Shown piece after piece: positions 58,452-64,000 of a stretch of DNA of 64,000 nucleotides. The stretch is from an uncultured Chromatiales bacterium. GTDB lineage: Bacteria > Pseudomonadota > Gammaproteobacteria > Steroidobacterales > BM003. Location: assembly GCA_937128475.1 (NCBI GenBank), contig CAKZML010000081.1, forward strand, positions 409 through 64,408. The letters are read 5' to 3'. The notes under the pieces were generated by a model. That model saw nothing but the letters and a program-made list of their open reading frames with translations, ran no database searches and was not told the DNA's origin. The translations under genes and the position numbers were made by a program. The number at the start of each line of letters is the position of its first letter. Position 1 is the stretch's first letter.

Positions 58452-58614
58452 AGTGAGCCTCTGATCTATTCATGAACTCGTATCTTGCAGCTAAAAAATC
58501 CAGCTTCTGTGTTGTCAATCTTCGCAATAGTCCCACTATTACGTGCGATTGGCGCCTTGAAACTGTATCTTTTCGCTAACAATCTACTTCGCCCAGAATA
58601 AATCAGAGGTTCCT
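58452..58614 (-). mobile_element. MITE/ERIC-like repeat, full copy B (163 bp), inverted relative to copy A
   Basis: Its reverse complement aligns end to end with 35829-35989 (about 85-90% identical by eye), including both termini. It lies between the ygfB stop codon (58614-58616) and the pepP ATG (58435). Confidence 0.8.
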
Positions 58615-59171
58615 TAGTGGAGAGTGGTCTCGGCATCGGGAACATCCAGACTCCCCGCCAACTCTTCATAAATCAGCTGTGCGCCCACGCGCACAAACTC
58701 CAGGATCTCGGCAAAGGCGTTCTCGCCCTCGTCCTGATCATCGTCATCCTCATCAAATCCGGCCTGGGCCAGGCGGCTGAAGTCCAGCACGATCTCGCCA
58801 ACCTGTTCCCCCAGGGCATCCTTATTAAGGGTGCCTGATGCGCCCATACCTGCAAGGAAGCTCTGACACCAGCAAGCCAGTTCCTCAGCCCGGTCAATCA
58901 GGGCCGCGTCATCATCGGGAAGCAAGGGAGTGAATCCCATCTGGCGCTCCTCGAGTTGGGTGGCAGTCTGGCTGGCTACCTTCGCCGCCAGGGTGGCCAG
59001 GTTGCCTTCGGGAGCCTGCCCTTCCAGCAGCACGCTCCAAAGGTTATCCAAATTCTTGTCTGAGCTGGCACAGACCAATCCGCTGATGGCGCCGTGTAGT
59101 TCTGCGGCACTAAGCTGAATCCCGGCCTTTTCAACGGCCTCGCGCAGTTCGTCGTAGGTAATATGGTTCAA
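58614..59171 (-). CDS. ygfB: UPF0149 family protein YgfB
   Basis: ELHGAISGLVCAS and the acidic C-terminal half match YgfB, as does the conserved position upstream of pepP. The likely start is TTG 59171 (MNHITYDEL..., AGGGA 10 nt upstream). The track ATG at 59252 would add 27 non-conserved residues. Confidence 0.78.
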   Translation of the reverse strand: MNHITYDELREAVEKAGIQLSAAELHGAISGLVCASSDKNLDNLWSVLLEGQAPEGNLATLAAKVASQTATQLEERQMGFTPLLPDDDAALIDRAEELACWCQSFLAGMGASGTLNKDALGEQVGEIVLDFSRLAQAGFDEDDDDQDEGENAFAEILEFVRVGAQLIYEELAGSLDVPDAETTLH

Positions 59172-59295
59172 GGTCGGGGAATCCCTGCTGGCAATGGTGA
59201 AAACACCCGGCAATGCTAACACTGGCCGGTCCGGTAACCCAGAGCGATGCAACGAGCTCGTTGACCCGGAATCGCGCCGGTTCTATAGTTCCGCC

Positions 59296-59526
59296 ATGAG
59301 CAAAAAGGCACCAGAACACCAATTTGAAGTTGAGCTCAAGGCACTGGAGCAGCGCCTTGATGATTTGGTCGGCGTGGTTGACGTGCTGAAAGAGGAAAAC
59401 CGATCCCTCAAGCAACGTCAGGATGCGCTGACCGGTGAACGCGCCCAACTTCTTCAAAAGAACGAACAGGTTCGCGCCCGGGTGGAAGGCATGATCACTC
59501 GCCTGAAGTCGATGGAGCAAGGCTAA
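59296..59526 (+). CDS. Small coiled-coil protein (TIGR02449/ZapB-like) preceding zapA
   Basis: Trimmed to MSKKAPEHQFEVELKALEQRLDDLV... (76 aa), an all-heptad coiled coil. Its stop overlaps the zapA start. Confidence 0.62.
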   Translation: MSKKAPEHQFEVELKALEQRLDDLVGVVDVLKEENRSLKQRQDALTGERAQLLQKNEQVRARVEGMITRLKSMEQG

Positions 59527-59837
59527 TGAGCGATTTCGTACAGGTCACCGTTCGCATACTGGAAAAGGAATACCAGGTGTCTTGTCCGGTTAAAGAACGC
59601 GAAGCCTTGATGAATGCGGCGGACTACCTGAATGGCCAGATGCGTTCCATCCGCGATGGAGGCAAGGTGGTTGGCCTGGAAAGGATCGCAGTAATGACCG
59701 CGTTGAACCTTACCGCCGAACTGCTAGGCAGCAAGTCGCGGGAACAGTTAATAGACGATGATTACGGCCTGCGCATCAAATCCATGCGCGAACGCGTGGA
59801 AACTGCGCTGCAATCAGGCAGGCAACTGGAGCTTTAA
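59526..59837 (+). CDS. zapA: Cell division protein ZapA
   Basis: 103 aa, with VRILEKEYQVSCPVKEREALMNAADYLN. zapA-ssrS-ygfA synteny. Confidence 0.88.
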   Translation: MSDFVQVTVRILEKEYQVSCPVKEREALMNAADYLNGQMRSIRDGGKVVGLERIAVMTALNLTAELLGSKSREQLIDDDYGLRIKSMRERVETALQSGRQLEL

Positions 59838-59905
59838 GCTCGCCGGATCAGAGCAAACAATATTTAGCGGGACAAACCGAGCGATAGCCCGGGTATAATG
59901 TCCCT

Positions 59906-60106
59906 AATCGAATTGGCGCTTCCTGCAGTGTTCGATGCAGACTGGGATCCCTCGACCCTAATTACTTAAATAGGGGCGGATACCTGCAGATGTCTGTGCG
60001 CAAGTCCGCTTCTGGCGGGAAGCCTGACGAATCTGCGCTCTGCCCCACCTATTGCTCTGGTTCGAGAGCAAAAGTCGGTAACGGCACAGGCGGGAAGCGC
60101 CTCCTT
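59906..60106 (+). ncRNA. ssrS: 6S RNA
   Basis: It sits in the canonical slot between zapA and the 5-formyl-THF cyclo-ligase gene. A perfect TATAAT lies at 59894-59899. The closing helix is GGCGCUUCC (59915-59923) paired with GGAAGCGCC (60093-60101). The 3'-side elements GCUCUGGUUCGAGAGC-AAAAGUCGGUAACGGCACAGGCGGG and GGGAAGCCUGACGAAUCUGCG parallel E. coli GAACCAAGGGUUC-AAGGGUUACAGCCUGCGGCGG and GAGAAGCCUUAAAACUGCG. The exact ends are uncertain by about 10 nt. Confidence 0.8.
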
Positions 60107-60119
60107 ATTCGGGCCTGGT

Positions 60120-60725
60120 GTGAACGGCAAAGAAAAAAAACAGCTACGCAATCAGGCAAGGCAAAAACGACGCGCCCTGGATCCCCGGCAACGCAGCGAT
60201 GCCTCGGAACGTATTTGCCAACGTATAGCCGCAAGCAAGAGCTTCAGAAACGCCCGGCGCATTGCCCTGTACCTGCCGATGGACGGAGAAGTCGATTGCC
60301 TGCCGCTGCTTGAAACTGCCTTGGGCGCGGGAAAACAAATTTTCCTGCCCCAATTGCCAGGCCGCTATCCAAGGGCGATGAATTTTGCGCTCATGGATGC
60401 CCAAACCACCCTGGAACCCGGCCCCCTCGGAACCATTCAACCCGCCCGGGGCTCCCGAATTGCGGTTTCAGCGCGAGAAATGGACCTGGTAATCACGCCG
60501 TTGGCGGCTTTTGACCCCCTGGGCAACCGGATTGGCATGGGGGCGGGCTATTACGACCGCACTTTTAGCTTTTTGGCACATAGAAAGCACTGGATCAGCC
60601 CCCGACTGATCGGTGTGGCCTTTGAATGCCAAAAATTTCCTTCAGTTCCCATCGACCGCTGGGATGTTCCACTGTGGAGCATCGTGACCGAAGACGGATC
60701 CTATCCTGCCTCAAAAATTATCTAG
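60120..60725 (+). CDS. ygfA: 5-formyltetrahydrofolate cyclo-ligase
   Basis: 201 aa, GTG start. It carries the family motifs ALYLPMDGEVD and GMGAGYYDR and lies immediately downstream of ssrS, as in E. coli. Confidence 0.85.
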   Translation: MNGKEKKQLRNQARQKRRALDPRQRSDASERICQRIAASKSFRNARRIALYLPMDGEVDCLPLLETALGAGKQIFLPQLPGRYPRAMNFALMDAQTTLEPGPLGTIQPARGSRIAVSAREMDLVITPLAAFDPLGNRIGMGAGYYDRTFSFLAHRKHWISPRLIGVAFECQKFPSVPIDRWDVPLWSIVTEDGSYPASKII

Positions 60726-60733
60726 CACCACCA

Positions 60734-61207
60734 ATGGAGCAACCTGTGAACTACTGGCTACTCAAATCCGAACCCAATGAATTCAGCATCGATGACCTGA
60801 AAAAAAACAAGACCACGCACTGGGATGGTGTTCGAAATTACCAGGCTCGAAACATGATGCGTGACCAGATGAAAAAAGGTGACCTCGCTTTTTTCTATCA
60901 CTCTAATACCGATGTGCCAGGCATCGTTGGCGTGATGAAAGTGGTGCGAGAAAGTTACCCGGATCACACTGCCTTTGATCCCAACGACAAACACTACGAC
61001 CCAAAGAGCGATCAGGACAACCCAAGATGGTTCATGGTCGATTTGCGCTACATGCGCAAATTCAAAAAGACGATTCCACTTGCAGTGCTAAGAGAATTCG
61101 CCGGTAACGAGTTAGCGGATATGGCTTTACTCAGAAAAGGGAATCGCTTATCCGTGATGCCGGTCGGTGAAGATCAGTGGGAGTTTATTAATTCGCTTTC
61201 TGATTAA
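60734..61207 (+). CDS. EVE (PUA-like, DUF55) domain protein
   Basis: [19 protein letters not shown]...[28 protein letters not shown] is the EVE-domain signature. The start is ATG 60734 or GTG 60746. Confidence 0.8.
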   Translation: MEQPVNYWLLKSEPNEFSIDDLKKNKTTHWDGVRNYQARNMMRDQMKKGDLAFFYHSNTDVPGIVGVMKVVRESYPDHTAFDPNDKHYDPKSDQDNPRWFMVDLRYMRKFKKTIPLAVLREFAGNELADMALLRKGNRLSVMPVGEDQWEFINSLSD

Positions 61208-61364
61208 ATGCCTTTATTTACAGTGTAACTTCGTAGTCATAAAGCTCAACGCAAGACCATGCGACGTACCAGTCACGACGCAAAAGGCCATCCAGGGAAA
61301 AATCCATCCTCCTTTTCGCGCTGAAATAGCAGCGCGAAATCTGCTTCATCGCACCATTGACTTG

Positions 61365-61393
61365 TTGGCAATATCATTTTCTTGTCGTATATA
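61365..61393 (+). promoter_or_regulatory. Candidate sigma70 promoter TTGGCA-N17-TATATA for the H1-like gene
   Basis: -35 at 61365-61370, -10 at 61388-61393, about 37 nt upstream of the ATG. A strong Shine-Dalgarno (GGAGAGGA) lies at 61417-61424. Confidence 0.4.
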
Positions 61394-61430
61394 CTCGTTC
61401 TCGGACACCCTGACATGGAGAGGAAAACTA

Positions 61431-61940
61431 ATGGCTACTAAGAAACGTGCCTCAAAGAAGAAGGTCGCTTCCAAAAAGAAAGCGGTCGTAAAGAAGGCAG
61501 TGGCAAAGAAACCCGCCACTAAGAAGAAAGTCGCTACCAAGAAAAAGGTAGTGAAGAAAGCTGCAACCAAGAAAAAGGTTGCCAAGAAGAAAGTCGCTAA
61601 AAAGAAAGTAGCGAAAAAAGCCACCAAGAAGAAGGTAGCTAAAAAGAAAGTAGCGAAGAAAGCCGCCAAGAAGAAGGTAGCTAAAAAGAAAGTCGCTAAA
61701 AAGAAGGTAGCCAAGAAGAAGGTTGCCAAGAAAAAGGTTGCTAAGAAAGCCGCCAAGAAGAAAGTTGCCAAGAAGAAGGTAGCTAAGAAGAAGGTTGCCA
61801 AGAAGGCGGCTTCCAAGAAAAAAGCCCCTGCCAAGAAAGCAGCTTCCAAGAAAAAGGTAGCTAAGAAGGCAGCTTCGAAGAAAAAGGCCCCCGCAAGGAA
61901 GGCAGCTTCGAAGAAAAAGGCTAGTTCCAAGAAAAAGTAA
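61431..61940 (+). CDS. Lysine/alanine-rich histone H1-like protein built of KKKVA pentapeptide repeats
   Basis: 169 aa, starting [17 protein letters not shown]..., then (KKKVA)n, then [11 protein letters not shown] repeats. It is extremely lysine-rich by eye. It has a good Shine-Dalgarno, a promoter and a downstream terminator. The track ORF start at 61167 is an artefactual extension. Confidence 0.75.
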   Translation: MATKKRASKKKVASKKKAVVKKAVAKKPATKKKVATKKKVVKKAATKKKVAKKKVAKKKVAKKATKKKVAKKKVAKKAAKKKVAKKKVAKKKVAKKKVAKKKVAKKAAKKKVAKKKVAKKKVAKKAASKKKAPAKKAASKKKVAKKAASKKKAPARKAASKKKASSKKK

Positions 61941-62002
61941 TAAAAATGGGGCTAAATCAGGCGACTTTTAAAGCCTGAACCAGCCCCAGGACTGTTATTA
62001 TG

Positions 62003-62028
62003 TGCCCGCATCTGCGGGCATTTTTTTT
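62003..62028 (+). terminator. Rho-independent terminator after the H1-like gene
   Basis: GCCCGCA-TC-TGCGGGC followed by A and T8 (62021-62028). Confidence 0.75.
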
Positions 62029-62043
62029 GGGGAGCCATTTAAC

Positions 62044-62700
62044 ATGAACCAAGACAGCAAAAAGAAGATGGTGGCCGAGGCCGCCATGGAATTCATCCCC
62101 GAAGGCGCCATAGTGGGCGTTGGCACAGGGTCCACAGTTAACCTGTTTATCGCCTGCCTGGCCGAAAGGCGCGATAGCATCCAGGCTGCGGTTTCCTCGT
62201 CAGAGGCCAGTAGCGCCCTGTTGAGGAAAGCAGGAATTGAGGTCCTGGACCTGAATTCGACAGGAACCCTTGATGTTTACGTGGACGGCGCTGACGAAGT
62301 CGACAGACACCTGAACCTGATCAAGGGCGGCGGCGGAGCGCTGACACGGGAAAAGATCGTGGCCGCGGCCTCCAGGAAGTTCGTCTGTATCGTGGATGAT
62401 ACAAAGATGGTGGATATTCTCGGAGCCTTTCCCCTGCCGGTTGAAGTAATCCCCATGGCGCGGTCGTATGTTGCGCGCCAGCTGGTAGCCCTGGGGGGCA
62501 CTCCCGAACTGCGCGAGGGATTCATTACCGACAACGGCAATGAAATCCTGGATGTGCATAACCTGAAGATCATCGATCCGCCGGCTCTGGAAAGCACCAT
62601 CAACCAGATTAGTGGCGTAGTGACGGTGGGACTCTTTGCCCAGCGTCGGGCAGACATCGTACTTATCGGTTCCGACACCGGTCTGAAGCGCGTTCCCTGA
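62044..62700 (+). CDS. rpiA: Ribose-5-phosphate isomerase A
   Basis: Trimmed to [31 protein letters not shown] (GGGGAG upstream), with DGADEVD and [11 protein letters not shown]. Confidence 0.93.
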   Translation: MNQDSKKKMVAEAAMEFIPEGAIVGVGTGSTVNLFIACLAERRDSIQAAVSSSEASSALLRKAGIEVLDLNSTGTLDVYVDGADEVDRHLNLIKGGGGALTREKIVAAASRKFVCIVDDTKMVDILGAFPLPVEVIPMARSYVARQLVALGGTPELREGFITDNGNEILDVHNLKIIDPPALESTINQISGVVTVGLFAQRRADIVLIGSDTGLKRVP

Positions 62701-62708
62701 CTGGGCAG

Positions 62709-62739
62709 CCTGGTTCGCTGTCAGCGATAGCGAACCAGG
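62709..62739 (+). terminator. 11-bp hairpin CCTGGTTCGCT-N9-AGCGAACCAGG just after rpiA (no T-tract)
   Basis: Perfect inverted repeat read directly, 9 nt after the rpiA stop. There is no U-run, so its terminator function is uncertain. Confidence 0.3.
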
Positions 62740-62979
62740 GCCGTCTCTCCCGATGGCTAAGCAAAGGCGAGGCCCGCTTAGCCCCCCCTCCAGGGCAAGC
62801 AGAGGTGCTCCCAGCATGAACCGGGTGACAACTACCAGGGGCAGCGCCTTTGCGGCGACCACCCGGCAAACAGCCGGACGCAATGACAGAGACTATACTG
62901 ATTTCATGCCATACGGCGAAGCCACACGGATCGGCCGGCGAGACTAGAACTGCCGGGATTACAACGAAGGAGGCCCCCG

Positions 62980-63876
62980 ATGCGAAAATCAGCAATCACT
63001 ACCTTTGTTCTTGTTACCACCCTCCTGGGCGGATGCTCTCAATTCTGGCTGGCTACTTCGGGAGAAAAAACGGTATCCAGCAGCCTGGTCAGTTACCTCT
63101 ATCCCGAGGGCATGAAAAGCCCGGTCGTTCCTGTCACACCACTGCTGAAGCTTCCTCTCAGAGCAGGCATCGCGTTCGTTCCTGGCGTGGATCCCCAGGC
63201 CGCCCCCGTTGATGCCGCGACCCGGCAAACGCTGTTGAGCAATGTAGCCGAGCATTTCCGGCAGCGCGAATACATCAGTGACATTGAGGTGATCCCAGAC
63301 GCTTACCTGCGCGGTGGCAGGGGCTTCGAGACCCTGGAACAGGTTGCGAGAATGTACGACCTGGATATCATCGCCCTGGTGTCCTACGACCAGCAGACGT
63401 TCACCGCAGACACCACGGCCTCGTTCTGGTACTGGACCATCGTCGGTGCCTACGTGGTCGAGGGTAGTGAAAATGACGTCAGTACCTTTGTAGACACCGC
63501 TGTGTTTGATGTTTCCTCCCACAACCTGTTGCTTAGAGCCCCAGGCACCAGTCGGCGATCAGGCAAGAGCACGGCAGTAAACGTGGCAGAAAATTTGAGT
63601 GAAAATAAGACCCTGGGCTTTGCGGAAGCCATGAATGATATGACGGTAAATCTGTCTACTGAACTCGACCAGTTCCAGTCACGAGTGGAAGCCGGCGAAG
63701 CCACTGATGTACAAATTGCCCATCGCCCGGGCTATTCAGGTGGTGCGGGAAGCAGTGATCCACTAACGTCGCTCCTGCTACTGGCAGCAATGTTTCTTCG
63801 GAAAAGAACCGGCCCTGGAAATTTGGCACCGGGCTCGGGCCCCCGAACCTCCCTCGACAAAGAAGTACTGGAATAA
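62980..63876 (+). CDS. Lipoprotein with a GlyGly-CTERM-like C-terminal sorting region (rhombosortase-target-like)
   Basis: Lipobox LLGGC at residues 15-19. Near the C-terminus, YSGGAGSSDPLTSLLLLAAMFLRKR shows the Gly-Gly / hydrophobic helix / basic cluster pattern of GlyGly-CTERM, followed by an extra 23 residues. Confidence 0.55.
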   Translation: MRKSAITTFVLVTTLLGGCSQFWLATSGEKTVSSSLVSYLYPEGMKSPVVPVTPLLKLPLRAGIAFVPGVDPQAAPVDAATRQTLLSNVAEHFRQREYISDIEVIPDAYLRGGRGFETLEQVARMYDLDIIALVSYDQQTFTADTTASFWYWTIVGAYVVEGSENDVSTFVDTAVFDVSSHNLLLRAPGTSRRSGKSTAVNVAENLSENKTLGFAEAMNDMTVNLSTELDQFQSRVEAGEATDVQIAHRPGYSGGAGSSDPLTSLLLLAAMFLRKRTGPGNLAPGSGPRTSLDKEVLE

Positions 63877-63881
63877 ATGCG

Positions 63882-64000
63882 ATGATTTACCTGATTGAAA
63901 CACCCCGGCTCGGGCTGAGACATTTCTGCCTGGATGACCTGCAGGATTTTTTCGAACTGGGCAGCGATCCGGAGGTCATCCGCTATGCAGAGAAGCATCC
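63882..64000 (+). CDS. GNAT-family N-acetyltransferase, N-terminal fragment (continues beyond the window)
   Basis: My translation is MIYLIETPRLGLRHFCLDDLQDFFELGSDPEVIRYAEKH. The IETxRLxLR...DPEV.RY pattern is typical of RimJ/RimL-like GNATs. Confidence 0.5.
   Translation, partial: MIYLIETPRLGLRHFCLDDLQDFFELGSDPEVIRYAEKH

Noticed and set aside
58466-58669. 67-aa minus-strand ORF within MITE copy B
   Set aside because: It lies almost entirely inside the non-coding repeat. The equivalent frame in copy A is not conserved as protein, because the substitutions are not synonymous-biased.
59966-60313. ORFs 59966-60151 (minus strand) and 59990-60313 (plus strand)
   Set aside because: They overlap the 6S RNA and are out of frame with ygfA. 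The region is better explained as ssrS plus the start of ygfA.
61297-61340. Hairpin TCGCGCTG-AAATAG-CAGCGCGA upstream of the H1-like gene, with an adjacent minus-strand 29-codon ORF preceded by AAGGAGG
   Set aside because: The Shine-Dalgarno abuts the ATG with zero spacing. The ORF has no support, and the hairpin lacks a U-tract in either orientation. There is not enough evidence for a feature.
61346-61930. 194-aa minus-strand ORF made of [10 protein letters not shown] repeats
   Set aside because: It is the mirror-image antisense frame of the KKKVA-repeat gene (AAG/AAA codons read as CTT/TTT). The + strand gene has the promoter, Shine-Dalgarno and terminator; the antisense frame has none.
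61440-61935. Periodic ~15-bp DNA repeat that could be mistaken for a CRISPR array, minisatellite or non-coding tandem repeat
   Set aside because: The period is a multiple of 3 and is maintained in a single open frame. There are no unique spacers between repeats. It is fully explained as coding low-complexity repeats.
62753-62947. 64-aa plus-strand ORF in the rpiA-lipoprotein spacer
   Set aside because: It is Arg/Thr/Ser/Gly-rich with no Shine-Dalgarno and no motif. The region is more likely non-coding (see the low-interest finding).

Overview
This 64-kb window looks like a gammaproteobacterial chromosome by gene content and synteny, with moderately high GC by eye. It is almost entirely core housekeeping genes in E. 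coli/Pseudomonas-like order.

Gene order, left to right:
- metH (3' end outside the window), metF and a SahR-like regulator, all on the minus strand
- hslO
- gatCAB, divergent from mreBCD-mrdA-rodA-mltB-rlpA-dac-dat-ybeD-lipB
- murU-amgK, divergent from lptD-surA-pdxA-ksgA-(usp)-apaG-apaH
- folA-thyA-lgt
- rlmI-like, yyaL-like, queD, a HAD hydrolase
- a Xanthomonas-type arginine cluster (argF'-argG-argE-argA/B-argC-argH)
- a DUF1269-like acidic protein, a 938-aa Nma111-type tandem HtrA protease, a PfkB kinase
- gcvT-H-PA-PB behind a tandem glycine riboswitch
- DUF885-phhB, DUF4404
- ubiI-ubiH-pepP-ygfB, divergent from zapB-like-zapA-ssrS(6S RNA)-ygfA
- an EVE-domain protein, a KKKVA-repeat histone H1-like protein, rpiA
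- a lipoprotein with a GlyGly-CTERM-like tail, and the start of a GNAT gene

I saw no rRNA, tRNA, CRISPR array, transposase, integrase, prophage or recognisable defence island. I found no convincing large novel multi-gene system.

The observations I consider least described are small and non-coding:
1. A 23-codon ORF with three consecutive Arg codons, followed by a strong intrinsic terminator, sits directly upstream of the arg operon. It could be a leader-peptide attenuator or an sRNA.
2. A ~160-bp imperfect-palindrome MITE/ERIC-like repeat occurs in three copies: two full and one internally deleted. Each lies 3-31 nt upstream of a start codon and in the same orientation relative to the downstream gene.
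3. There are accessory insertions into otherwise conserved operons: a pdxA-ksgA gap, a usp gene, and DUF885-phhB-DUF4404.

Many long ORFs in the supplied track are antisense or alternate-frame artefacts, as is common in GC-rich DNA, and were rejected.
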